64,000 nucleotides of DNA from Ranitomeya imitator (Eukaryota), in assembly GCF_032444005.1 (NCBI RefSeq), contig NC_091283.1:37014001-37078000 (forward strand), in the 5' to 3' direction. The translations under genes and the position numbers were made by a program. Positions within the stretch are counted from its first letter, which is position 1, and the number at the start of each line of letters is the position of its first letter. Of this stretch, positions 21,431 through 33,539 are shown in pieces. Below the pieces are notes generated by a model. It was given only the letters and a program-made list of their open reading frames with translations. It had not been told where the DNA came from and searched no databases.

Positions 21431-23114
21431 TGCACGATGCCGGTCGGCCGTTCACAAACCCTGGTAAGTGGCAGACAGATGCCAAATCAGCAGCACCTCT
21501 CACCACTGCAGAAATAAGAGGCGTCTTCAATGCAGGACCATACACAGGATGAAATCAGAGCCTGCAGCTGTTAAGTGGCCCTCGGATTTTGCTCTTCCAC
21601 CAATTTTATTTTTTCATAGGAATGTGATCTCTAGACTTGCTGCAAAGAAAAAAAAAGTGGTGAATGCTCTAGACAGAGTGCTAGTGTCAAGCAGCTCCTG
21701 AAAGGGACTTCATTTTTATCGTTGCCAAGGAGCCATCCTCTATTCGCCTCATTGCCCAATTTTTAAAAAAAAATCCTCCCCAATTTCTTAAGAAAAAAAT
21801 GAATAGATAAGAACCAGAGTCGCCGGACAAAGAATCAGTGTGAGATGTCACCCCTGCCCCCTCCGCACATCTTATAATGGGAGGTCCCATTCCTTGTGAT
21901 AATCACGAGGATGTCCACACACGGTTATTGTGAGTCACTGAGGAGCTATGTGCGGCCTGAACACAGCGGCTCATTATCCTTCCAGAGTATCACAGGCCAT
22001 CTGTCATAAAGTCCCCCACCCTCCTAGTCCTCCATCTCCATGGGGTATCGGGAACTCAAGCCAGAAAATTCTTAAAGGGGTTCATTGGAATTTAGTAAAG
22101 AGTGTAAAATGTCTGAGCACATGCTCCGACTTATTAATATATCTGTCTAAAAGTTAGTTCCTCTGTGTTAATCTTGGGGAAGATGCGGTGAGAGGCAGGA
22201 GGAAGAGCAAGGTCCATATTCCTGTACCTGGTCCATACGTGACCATCCATGGTTGGGATGTTACAGAACGTTCTAGAGAGGTTCCTGACGTATCCCGCTC
22301 ATTAACACAACCCTCATGGTTCTCAAGGACCAGCTCCACCTTTCATGTTCCATAAAACATCCCTACTTAGCAGACATGCCATCATTTATCTTGCAGGTCA
22401 AAAATTTGGGTCTCGAGTCATCATTTACAGGTTTGGTTTTTTTAAGTTTTTTTTTGTCTCCTGCTATTCATTACCATTTTTTTCATCAAATTCTTCAAAA
22501 CGGCGCTCGCGGTTCATGACTTTTGCGCAAATTTGAAAATGCTCTTTATTTTTTTTTTTTTAAATGTTTGAAATCGGTAAAAAATATCTGGAACCCTCAA
22601 CCTCATCCCACAATGACAATTAAGAACCCAAATGCAATACTGAATCGGGCCTCTGATCTAGAATGTTCAGGGTTGAAGAATATGAAGATTGAAGAATATC
22701 TAGGATCGTTGACAGACTTATCCACCAGAGGACCTTGAGGTTGTCTCATAACTATAGTGTCCTTAACACTCAGCCCCATCTGAATTTCACTTTGAAGAAG
22801 CTTGAAGGTCAATCCCAAGTTCCTGATGATGACTTTCTTGTAGCTCCAATAGAACTTTTGGATCAGTTTCCATTCAGTAAAACTCTCGGCAACAGAGTTG
22901 TACTGTTCCGACTCTTAACAGTTTACATCAGGCCGCCCGGGCAAACTTTTTAATATTAGTGTTGGTTGGAAAATCCCTTTACGAAACATCACCAGATCCT
23001 CATCATCTCTATGTTCCATGAATCTGGCGTAGAACCAGCTCAGATGCAAAACAGAGTGAAACAAATTAAATTATAGTTAATTAGAAGAAGGAGGTTGGTA
23101 ATAAAGGAAACAGA

Positions 23115-23121
23115 TATAAAA
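23115..23121 (+). promoter_or_regulatory. TATA box of the Ly6/uPAR gene
   Basis: TATAAAA about 46 nt upstream of the ATG at 23167. Confidence 0.55.
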
Positions 23122-23166
23122 GGGATGGACATAAGATTCAAGCGGCACACAAGGAAGGGATCGACC

Positions 23167-23215
23167 ATGAAGATCTTCATTCTCGCTCTGACCTTGGTCT
23201 TCCTCATACAGAGTG
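23167..23215 (+). CDS. Ly6/uPAR (three-finger) gene, exon 1 (signal peptide)
   Basis: ACCATGAAG start, MKIFILALTLVFLIQS(G), phase-1 donor GTAAGA at 23216. Confidence 0.85.
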
Positions 23216-23237
23216 GTAAGAATACAATGGTATATGT

Positions 23238-25428
23238 CAGAGGCGTAGCTAGGGTTTTGGTTCGGGGGGCTAAGCTTCTGAGTGGGCCCCTAACCAGGTA
23301 ACCTTGATTACAACTGGGTGACGCACCCTAATAGTGGAGGAGAACCTCAGCAGATGACTGCGCTGTTACTGAAGATAATCTCTATATAAAGACCAATATT
23401 GATATTATCACCATATGGGCAGTGGTAAATAATACCGGTCCTACGGCACATATAAGAGATTACCGCATAGTTACAGATAATGAGTTACCGCTGACGTTCT
23501 TTCTGATGGAATCGTTCACTTTTCCCGTCTTTTCCATCTGGCCCAGACCGATATGACAACTTCTTCCAGCCAGGACTCGGCTGCAGAGAATACAACAAAG
23601 TCACATTTCACTTCTCACATTTTCAGCACTGTCACCAATGGGACTATTCCCAACCTGCACAAACTCCTCATCCTACTGATACCCCAATACTGAGCCGCTG
23701 CTGCCATATGTGTCCCTATTACTGCCCCTGCTGTGTGGTTCTCTGTACCCTCTAAATTCTAAAGCACCCCTCTATAATATAGTAATGTCGGGTGCAAGTG
23801 TCCCAGAAAACAGTGCCCATATTTTGTCCCCTAAAAAGTAATAGTACCCTGTGTGCCCCTTTAATAGTCACAGTAACCTGCATTCCCCTATAACAATAAG
23901 TGCCCACTTTACATTTACCAGTGTTCCGAGTCTGCACCCTGTACAGCTCCCCTATACACAGCGTGATGCTCTGTTATACACAGTATACTGACCCCTCATT
24001 GTATATATATTGACCCTTTAATATTCCCCAAACTATTTAATGGCTCCAACGCTGTATGATGGCCCCATCACTATAATCCCCACACTGTATGATGGCCTCC
24101 TAGATAGCCTCCATATAGTATAACACACCAGTCCTCAAAACAGTATAATGTTCTCCCCATAGGCCTCCACATAGTATAATGCACTCCCCATAGACCTCCT
24201 GGAAACTTGGGCTGAAAGATGGCAGATGAGGTTTAACAATGATAAATGTAAGGTTATACACATGGGAAGAAGGAATCAATATCACCATTACACACTGAAC
24301 GGGAAACCACTGGGTAAATCTGACAGGGAGAAGGACTTGGGGATCCTAGTTAATGATAAACTTACCATGTATAAGTATATAAGGGGACAATACAAATATC
24401 TCGCTGAGGATCTGTTTATACCAAGGAAGGTGACGGGCACAAGGGGGCATTCTTTGCGTCTGGAGGAGAGAAGGTTTTTCCACCAACATAGAAGAGGATT
24501 CTTTACTGTTAGGGCAGTGAGAATCTGGAATTGCTTGCCTGAGGAGGTGGTGATGGCGAACTCAGTCGAGGAGTTCAAGAGAGGCCTGGATGTCTTCCTG
24601 GAGCAGAACAATATTGTATCATACAATTATTAGGTTCTGTAGAAGGACGTAGATCTGGGGATTTATTATGATGGAATATAGGCTGAACTGGATGGACAAA
24701 TGTCTTTTTTCGGCCTTACTAATATGTTACTATGTTATATAGTATAACGCACTCTCCATAGGCAGTCTATAATATAATGCAGCCTCTGTATTATTTTGCA
24801 GCCCCCTCTCTTAAGCAGCCTCTGTAATATAATGCAGCCCCCCTCTCATAGGCAGCCTCTGTATTATAATGTAGCCCCCCCTCTCGTAGGCAGCCTATTA
24901 TAATGCAGCCCCCCATAGGCAGTTTCTCTATTATAATGCAGCCCCCCATAGGCAGTTTCTCTATTATAATGCAGCCCCCCATAGGCAGCCTCTCTATTTT
25001 TTTTAATGGGGCTGCATGATAATAAACAAATACTCACCTCTCTTCCTCCTGCTTCCACCCGCTCCTCTCCTGACAATGGGCGCCGGGTAGTGACGTCATC
25101 GCGCCCGTTGTCAGTGTCTGCATCAGAGAGAGGAATGATGGGAGAGGGAGTGTAGCGCTCCTTCTCCCATCAATGCGGTCAGCTGCATCGGCTAGATGCC
25201 CATACAGTTGACCCTGCAATGACAGGCGGGGACCCACTGCTGGCACCGGCCCCTCCGCCTGCTCAGGGACCCTATATGGGCCGGGCGACAGAGCAGGGAG
25301 ATAGATTCTCCCTGCTCTGACGCAGAATGTGACTGTATCGGCGCGCTGTGCACGCCAATAGTTACATAGCGTGGCTCCGGGTGGCCCCTCAGAGCACCGC
25401 TCTGCCCCCCACAGTAGCTACGCTAATG
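23238..25428. mobile_element. Non-autonomous hAT-type element in Ly6 intron 1
   Basis: Imperfect TIRs CAGAGGCGTAGCTA...TAGCTACGCTAATG; 8-bp flanks GTATATGT and GTATATAT (7/8); internal 33-35 bp repeats at 24740-24990. Confidence 0.65.
24198..24737 (+). mobile_element. CR1 LINE 3-prime fragment nested in the hAT element
   Basis: ORF2 C-terminus LETWAERWQMRFNNDKCKVIHMG...TRGHSLRLEERRF...VRAVRIWNCLP with an internal deletion; ends in (atgttact)n. Confidence 0.88.
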
Positions 25429-25854
25429 GTATATATTGAACCGGAGTGGGAGGATATTTTATAAGGTCTGTGATATGGACTTAAACTGTACAGTAAGGAT
25501 CATCGGTCCCTACACTTACTATATGGCCTCTTCCATCTATATAAATCTAGTTTTGCTAGCGAAGTGGGAGTGGTCCTCAACTAGGTCTTCTTGTGGACCA
25601 CGCCTAGTTGGCTAAAAATATTACATTTATAATTATGCAATAGGGGGTCAAATCTCAGGAACAGAGAGGGGCAAGAACAATATAAAAACATAGCGGGATT
25701 CAAGAGAACAGTGACAATTACACTAGGTAACAAAAAAAAAACCATTTACGGCAAGTAACAGATTTATTTTTAAAAAAGGTAGTGTCTCTAAAATTTCCAT
25801 TGGTCCAATGCTCTTAGATGTAATAGGGCTATTGTATGGCTGCGTGTATCATCT

Positions 25855-26625
25855 CTTGAGTGATCAGTCATTGTACAGGAGGAGGAGGTGAGCTGTGATA
25901 TCACCTATTGTGAATGGTGGATCCTGTGTTATCTACTGTATATAGAGGTGTTATCAGTCATTGTACAGGAGGAGGAGGTGAGCTGTGACATCACCTATTG
26001 TGGATGGTGGATCCTGTGTTATCTACTGTATATAGAGGTGTTATCAGTCATTGTACAGGAGGAGGAGGTGAGCTGTGACATCTATTGTGGATGGTGGATC
26101 CTGTGTTATCTACTGTATATAGAGGTGTTATTAGTCATTGTCTAGGAGGAGGTGAGCTGTGACATCACCTATTGTTAATGGTGGATCCTGTGTTATCTAC
26201 TGTATATAGAGGTGTTATTAGTCATTGTACAGGAGGAGGAGGTGAGCTGTGATATCACCTATTGTGAATGGTGGACCCTGTGTTATCTACTGTATATAGA
26301 GGTGTTATCAGTCATTGTCTAGGAGGAAGTGAGCTGTGACATCACCTATTGTTAATGGTGGATCCTGTGTTATCTACTGTATATAGAGGTGTTATCAGTC
26401 ATTGTACAGGAGGAGGTGAGCTGTGACATCGCCTATTGTGAATGGTGGATCCTGTGTTATCTACTGTATATAAAGGTGTTATCAGTCATTGTACAGGAGG
26501 AGGAGGTGAGCTGTGACATCACCTATTGTGAATGATGGATCCTGTGTTATCTACTGTATAGAGGTGTTATCAGTCATTGTACAGGAGGAGGAGGAGGTGA
26601 GCTGTGACATCTACTCTATATAGAG
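25855..26625. repeat. Tandem repeat, 87-90 bp unit, about 9 copies
   Basis: Unit gtgttatcagtcattgtacaggaggaggaggtgagctgtgacatcacctattgtgaatggtggatcctgtgttatctactgtatatagag. Confidence 0.92.
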
Positions 26626-27002
26626 GTCTTACCTTTCATTTTAATCCTATCTGTGATGATGAGACTGCTGCAAAGTCATCTGTACAGTATAAGGCCTGGT
26701 GGTCAGTGTAAAAATCTCAAGCTTTCAGAATATATACATTTGAAAAACAAAGGCCCAACAACAACAAAATTTAACATTATAAACCGGATTTAAACCATAG
26801 GTCATTTTCTGACAATACAATCTCTTTAATGGTTAACTCCACTTTTCTGGAAGCGACTCTGAAAATAGAAACCCGATTACCCTTCTTTATGCAATGAACG
26901 TCTCCCTTTGCCAAAGCAGAATTGTGCGCTGCGATCAGACATGACCAGAAGCGACGTAACCGGGAGAGACACCGAGGAGTAACGCTGCGCTTAACCCTAC
27001 AG

Positions 27003-27125
27003 GGGACGGACTGCGATGCTACACTTGTCTGTTTCCAACCCTTTCCCCAATGGACTGCATTAAATTCCCAGTGAAATGTCCTCCCAAAGAAAGATGCCTG
27101 TACTCCACCGCCTCCGGCAAAACAA
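27003..27125 (+). CDS. Ly6/uPAR gene, exon 2
   Basis: After ttaaccctacag: DGLRCYTCLFPTLSPMDCIKFPVKCPPKERCLYSTASGKT, with the LxCxxC start and five Cys; donor GTAAGT at 27126. Missed by the ORF track. Confidence 0.92.
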
Positions 27126-27294
27126 GTAAGTGCTGCCAACTGGTGGTCATGGGGGGCATTACAGCTCAGGGTTGTTGTTTTTTTCTGACACAGGTGTTTC
27201 TTTACTGACCCTAACTGGAGAGCGCCCCCTTGTGGTAAGTGTGGGGATTGCAGCATGGAAACTTCTGTACAGTGATGCTCCCTTTCTCCCACAG

Positions 27295-27494
27295 AAAACT
27301 TTCCATTTATCCTGCATGAGATGAGCTGCGCTGTGAACAGTCTGTGTGGGATCAGTGGTGAGAAGAGCACGCTGGGCGTCAACGTGACCTATCACAATGT
27401 TTGCTGCGACACCGACCTCTGCAACTCCGGCCCGGGGTCCAGATCATCCCTAAGCATCGCCCTTATACCGGCACTACTACTGCTCCTGTCATAA
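27295..27494 (+). CDS. Ly6/uPAR gene, exon 3 (CCxxxxCN motif and GPI-anchor signal)
   Basis: After ctttctcccacag: (K)NFPFILHEMSCAVNSLCGISGEKSTLGVNVTYHNVCCDTDLCNSGPGSRSSLSIALIPALLLLLS*. The domain has 10 Cys in total, one N-V-T sequon and a hydrophobic C-terminus. Full protein is 123 aa. Confidence 0.92.
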
Positions 27495-27626
27495 CCCTTG
27501 TGTGAGGGTCCGCGCATTCACCTGCACCCGCTATTCTATTATATACCCCTAATAATGTATTTATATATTACTGTTCCATACAGAGAATAATAAGTCAATA
27601 GAAATGGTGACAGTATGCTGATGATC

Positions 27627-27632
27627 AATAAA
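27627..27632 (+). terminator. Candidate polyadenylation signal of the Ly6/uPAR gene
   Basis: AATAAA about 130 nt after the stop. Confidence 0.55.
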
Positions 27633-28399
27633 GAGGATGTTAATCCAGAAAAAAAAGTTCTCAAATTTCGACATTATACGTTTTTATTTAGAGAAGTAAT
27701 ATCCCGTTATTTTTTTACTCCCTACATCCGCCACTAGAGGGCGCTGTCAACAAATGCATGTGTACAGGTAAGGGATATATGAAAAGGGCTCCCCCTAGTG
27801 GCAGCAGCCAGTAGGTGCTAGGACAAGGTCACAACAAGCAGTTAATGCAGTTCTGCCCCAGGGTAAGAGGTATGTAGGGGAGGAAAGTGGAATGTGAGCC
27901 CTATCAGTGCCCCAGGGGGTGCAAAGAGACGCCTAGGCAAAGAAATAGCAATCTATGCGATAGCAGCCTTACACGACAAACTCAACCGTCTCATCTGTGT
28001 AATGTTTCTATATTATGGCGTGTATGTATATATGTGTGTAAATATATATTTTACAGACTGATCTATACATTATAATATATATTTTACATATGCTCAGACC
28101 TCACTAGACTGTATCTCGCGGGTATATGGAGCGTGCAGCAGCATGTTCACAGGGTTCTGCTAGACGACCATTCCTCCACGTGTCATGTGGAACCTCAAAG
28201 GCTCCTGTTCCGGAGCAAAACTCCACCCAAAAGCCATAATCGCCCCATTATCTCACGTCCTTTGACTAGACATGCTCCCATTTCTTCAGATCCAACATGT
28301 TCACAGTCAAGAGACGTCTCCCAGAATCACGGAATATTAACATTTACTTATAGCGACTTGCAAAAATATTCTTACCTTTGGCCCACCAAAACTCTCCGC

Positions 28400-28880
28400 C
28401 CGAGCAAGGAGGGCATTAGTCAGAGAGGCAGCAGCAACCAAAAGGTAACCCTGAAGGAGCTGCAGAGTTCCCAAGCAGAGACTGGAGTATCTGTCCGTAC
28501 GACCACAATCGGCCGTACACTCCATAGAGGTGGTCTTTATGGAAGAGTGGGCAGAAAAAAGCTTTTATTTACACACAAATATTGTAAGGCTCAATTTCAG
28601 TTTGCCAAAAGACACGTGGGAGACTCCACAAATGTGTGGAGGAAGGTGCCGTGGTCAGAGGAAATCAAAATTGAACTTTTTGGCCACCAAGGTAAACGCT
28701 ATGTCTGTCACCAAACCAGCACAGCCGATCACCCCAAGAACACCATCCCCACAGTGAAACATGGTGGTGGTAGCATCATGCTTTTTTGGCAACAGGGACA
28801 GGGAAAATGGTTTGTGCCAAGGGGGAAGACCGATGGTGTGAAATACAGGGATATTCTAGATCAAAACCTGTTTGAGTCTG
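28400..28880 (+). mobile_element. Tc1 transposase fragment
   Basis: ...TLKELQ...TTIGRTLHRGGLYGRVGRKK...WSEEIKIELFG...TVKHGGGSIM within ORF 28133-29056; no TIRs recognised. Confidence 0.8.
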
Positions 28881-29908
28881 TCAGTAATTTGAGTCTTCAC
28901 CCCCTCCATTCCCACAAAGTCCTCCAGCTGAGTGCTGAAGGGGATATGTATCTGACATTAGGCCTGGAGAGACGCTGTAGTGTGCAGCCATGGCGGATCG
29001 GCGGAAGCGAGAGACGCTGCATTTACCAATTCATATGGGAAATTCACAGGCTTTAGATTTTTTTTTTTACTTGTATACATAGACATCACTCATAGATAGG
29101 GTTTTCAGGTTTGTTTTTTTAATATAAATGTGAATATTCAGGCTGTTTTATTAATAATATTAAATATACAACTTCTATGTCGGGGGTTTATAAAGTGAGA
29201 ATGAGTCCTATAGCCAAACTATTGCAATAAACAAAAAGTTAAGACTCTAGGGGGGCGCCATTGTCATCTGCTAATCACAAACTAAGGGTCAGCGTCTGCT
29301 ATTGGAGGGGTAGGTTGGGGTTGTCATGTGTGTTAATCAAAAAACCAAAAAATGCATCTTAACATTAGAAATATACAACAAAAATAAAAAGTCTATAAAT
29401 GGCAGGTATTGTGCCCGGATCCTTGAGGGCCCCTGTGCGGTCACACAGGAACATAACTAAGCGGAAGTGCGGTGAACTAGAAAAAGAGGTTCTCCGCCTA
29501 TGATCAAACCCTCCTGTGATTACTATTACGGAACTACATGGAATGCTTAATATCATAAGTGATATACTCCCCGCAGACCCGTTATCTAAAAAAGGTAGAA
29601 ACTTTTTTGTTACAAGGTTCCTCTGGCATACTAATGACAGAGCTCTCCACTGCCGACACCACAAGTGATCACCGGTGATCGCTGCTGGAACCTGCCAGTA
29701 AGTGTTCCGTTTCCCTACAGCACTACCGCAGGAGAAATAAAGTATTACACCATTCCGATTAAAATTAACGGGCAAGTCACTGCACATGTCCAGTCTTCCA
29801 CACTTTTGGTAGTTGCCTTTGCTCTGATTGATAGACGAGGGGCTTTAAGTGCACCACACCCCCCCTCTATTAAAGAGGGTCGACTCAAAGATCATTCATT
29901 ACCTATGT

Positions 29909-30094
29909 CAGTGTTCCCCAAGTCCGGTCCTCAAGAGCCACCAGCAGGTCATGCTCTCAGGATTTCCTTAGTATTGCACAGGTGATAATTGCATCACCTG
30001 GACAGGCAAGCATTCAATGACCTGTGCAATACTAAGGAAATCCTGAAAACATGACCTGTTGGTGGCTCTTGAGGACCGGAGTTGGGGAACACTG
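29909..30094. mobile_element. Palindromic hAT-type MITE
   Basis: CAGTGTTCCCCAA...TTGGGGAACACTG; 8-bp flanks ACCTATGT and ACCTATCT. A near-identical copy lies at 61833-62018. Confidence 0.85.
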
Positions 30095-31327
30095 ACCTAT
30101 CTGTAGAAAAGGTTATAAATAGGTCACTCATTGGGTTCCAAATTCCGGGATCCCCTAACGAACTCATGGATGGGGGTGGCGGGGGGGTGGGGGGTGTCAC
30201 AAAATCCATTGGGTGGGATCCTTGGCAGCCAGACCCACAAGGATCATGCATATTTGTTTGTGGGACAACCCTTTTAAAGTATTTAAAAAAAAAAAAAAGG
30301 TCTAAATTGGACAACACCTTTAATTGTTTAAGGTGGGGGAGGGGCAAAAATGCAAGAAGAGGCCAGGTAGAATTTTTATATCAGTAAAATATTAATTTGG
30401 GGTCCCCTACGTAATATTGGTCCCTCATCATATTTACAGCCGGACGGGTATAATCAGGCACTTGTGGCGGATGTGAGTGACCTCAGGATGTGATCCCATA
30501 GCCCTTATAAAGATTTGTTTTTTTCTGCCTATATGGACTACTGTGTATTATGGGAATCTCTTCCAGGAAGAGGTAGCAAGAATTGTATATTTTGATTGTC
30601 TCAGCCCATCTAGTGGAATATTGCCATTGATTAGAGAAAAAAAAATAAATCATACATTAGTTGACCACAATCTGTATAAAAAAAAAAAATAATAAAATAA
30701 GTAGCTGTAAAGAGGACCTGTCACTAGGCCAAAAGTGACCTTTTTTTGCTCTTACTTTAATCCTTCCTTTTTTTTTTTTTTTTTAAATCCGCCATATGGT
30801 TCCAGAAATATGGATGTTCTTATCTGGTGATCCTTTATATGGATCTTTACTGAGGAGGCGTGGCTCACAGGGTAATTATGCAGGCTACGCCCCCGAGGAT
30901 CCTGGGAGTCACATTTCTAAAGACCATACAAAATTTGTATTAAAAAAAAGATCCATATAAAAAACAAAAAAAAAACAAAATACTCAGGGGAGAGGAGTAA
31001 GTAATACCTGCCCACTTTTGGCTTGGTGACGGGTCTTCTTTAAGGCACAGTGGGAACATCTCCTTTCTCTATATGATATAAAAGAGGCGCAGGCAGTTTA
31101 GCCTTTACACTGCCACCTAGAGGCAGCCTATGGGAACTACACTGGTCCCGCTCCATTATAACAGTGCCCCCATTTAGAGGAGGAGCTTTTCAGATTTATT
31201 AAGTGGCGGTCGGACAGGCCAATCAATGTTCTGTCCTCCTTAAAGGAACATAAGCCATTTTTTTCTTCTTTTTATCACAAGGAGTTTAAATAGGAGGAGT
31301 TCCTCTTTCTCTTGAAGAGCGGTCTTG

Positions 31328-31489
31328 CTACTTGAGGGGTCTGGACACCGGGGCGTATGCAAGTTCAATTTCAACTTTGGCCGGGCACGTGCTAACAAAT
31401 TCTTCCCGCTTGTAGGCGTTTGTCAGGTAGCGATGGATTCCACTGAACTCTTCTGGGATCTTAAAGCCTCGATACTTCTCACAGACCAC
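31328..31489 (-). CDS. CLIC1: Chloride intracellular channel 1, last coding exon
   Basis: Minus strand after ctttttctgcag: [53 protein letters not shown], matching the CLIC C-terminus. Confidence 0.92.
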   Translation of the reverse strand: MVCEKYRGFKIPEEFSGIHRYLTNAYKREEFVSTCPAKVEIELAYAPVSRPLK

Positions 31490-31499
31490 CTGCAGAAAA

Positions 31500-32470
31500 A
31501 GAGGGGCGAGACATGAGATTTCAGGAAGCTGAAGGCATAGAAGCAGAGAAGGGGGCGAGAGGCGCCACTTCAGGGAGCCGCAGGCAGAAAGGGGGTGAGA
31601 GGCGCCATATCAGGGTCCAGTAGCAGAAAGGGGGTGAGGCGACATTTCAGGGGTCCGGCAGGGAGGGGGGGCGAGAGGTGCCATTTCAGGAGCCCGGCAG
31701 ACAGGGAGGGGGGTGAGAGGCTCCATTTCAAGGACCCAGCAGACAGGAGGGGGGGGGGGGGGGGCGACAGGTGCCATTTCAGGGCCCAGCAGGCAGAGAA
31801 GGTGCATGAGGTGCCATTTCAGGGGCCCAGTAGGTAGGGAGGGGGCAAGAGGTGCCATTTCAAGGACCCAGCAGACAGGAGGGGGGGGGGGGGGGGCGAC
31901 AGGTGCCATTTCAGGGCCCAGCAGGCAGGGAAGGTGCATGAGGTGCCATTTCAGGGGCCCAGTAGGTAGGGAGGGGGCAAGAGGTGCCATTTCAAAGACC
32001 CAGCAGACAGGGAGGGGGCGTGAGGTGCCATTTCAGGGGCCCGGCAGGCAAGAGGTGCCATTTCAAGGACCCAGAAGGCAGAGAGGGGGCGAGAGGTGCC
32101 ATTTCAGTGGCTCAGCAGGCAAGAAGAGGGCGAGGGGTGCCATTTCAGAGGGCCAGCAGCAGGGAGGGGCGAGAGTTGCCATTTCAGGGGCCCAGCAGGC
32201 AGGGAGGGGGTGTGAGGTGCCATTTCAGGGGCCCGGCAGGGAGGGGGTGTGAGGTGCCATTTCAGGGGCCCGGCAGGGAGGGGGTGTGAGGTGCCATTTC
32301 AGGGGCCCAGCAGGCAGGGAGGGGGGTGAGGTGCCATTTCAGGGGCCCAGCAGGCAGGGAGGGGGGTGAGGTGCCATTTCAGGGGCCCAGCAGGCAGGGA
32401 GGGGGTGTGAGGTGCCATTTCAGAGGTCCAGCATGGAGGGAGGGGGTGAGAGGTGCCATTTCAGGGATTA
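31500..32470. repeat. G-rich minisatellite, about 40-44 bp unit, about 22 copies, in the last CLIC1 intron
   Basis: Unit gaggtgccatttcaggggcccagcaggcagggaggggggt; copies degrade toward the exon. Confidence 0.9.
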
Positions 32471-32786
32471 GAAAGACATATTTCCTATAAACTGGCAGAA
32501 CATGGATGAGGGGGATGGAGCTATTGCTTACAATGAGGGTTGGAGGAGCCCCTTCATATTTTGGTCCATGCTCACAGATGTTTTTTTACCTACCATTTTT
32601 ACCCGCTTTGATCTCGATTCTTCACTGACTGTACTTTAGCTGTGTAGGAGTCTAAGCTAAGAAAGGAACTCAGACACCATCTCTCTATTCTACAGCTCCC
32701 ACTGCCCTCCCCCCATGCTTTATCCTGCAGCTCTGCTCCCCAGGTCCATATCACAGATGATACTGGAAGGCTCTGGCGCCTCTCAC

Positions 32787-32968
32787 CTGGACTATGTGCA
32801 GCTTAGGGAGGAGGTTGCAGTCCGCTAGCGTCAGCTCGTCTCCATCCAGAAACTTGCGGTGAGACACGGTCTCGTCCTCGGCGCTGTTCTCATCTATTTC
32901 TTCCGGGAGGAGAGTGTTTAGGTACGAGTCCAGAATCTGCAGGGCCTTCAGGAGGCCTTTCTCCAGAG
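32787..32968 (-). CDS. CLIC1: CLIC1 coding exon (182 nt)
   Basis: (T)[60 protein letters not shown] with AG/GTGAGA boundaries. [13 protein letters not shown] and HIVQ match CLIC1. Confidence 0.93.
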
Positions 32969-33539
32969 CTGGGGAGTAGAAGGACCGGTTACACCAGGAA
33001 CGTATACAGATACGGAGAGAGCATACAGCACACCTAGCATACTATACAGTCAGTAACTAGAGTCTGGAGAAGTCTCCCTTCTCATTTAAAGCTCAGGTTG
33101 CTGCTCTGTCCACCATGCTTTACTCTGCAGCTCTGACAACTTTTCATCAAGACTGGAGCCTTGTGTCTCTTGTTGCTTCTGCAACAGAGGAAACTCCCCT
33201 GGGGCGAGATATGACCTCATGCACAACACAAACCACGGAAATCATGTGCAGTCAGCAAGTGGCGGCGGAGGGAGGAAGCTGTGGTTGTGACCGATAGTGA
33301 CGGGGCCTCCAGACTTCTGGAGAGCAAGCCAAAAAGTGAAGCTTCCCCCTTCCCAGACTGCTGAGGACTTCTATTGCATCAAGCCATAGAGGGCGAGGTG
33401 GGGCCGTAGGAAAAGAAACCCTCCTGAATATAGAAGGAGACCATCAATCATGGATCTCATATCCACCGCGGCTCCGTAAGAGATCGGGAAACAGCCGGGC
33501 ACCCAGAAGACAAGCGTCGTGAGGAGCGGTAAAGGCCTG

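Noticed and set aside
20011-21545. Many Cys/Gln-rich ORFs resembling keratin-associated or metallothionein-like proteins
   Set aside because: They occur in all frames on both strands, as expected from a minisatellite.
23167-27494. Calling the Ly6 gene Bouncer/SPACA4 or a specific LY6G gene
   Set aside because: Only the shared cysteine scaffold is evident; loop sequences give no match I can recognise with confidence.
29665-29985. ORF with YTIPIKINGQ...ALID as a host gene
   Set aside because: No splice context; faint resemblance to a retroelement protease remnant; its end runs into a MITE. Too weak to call.
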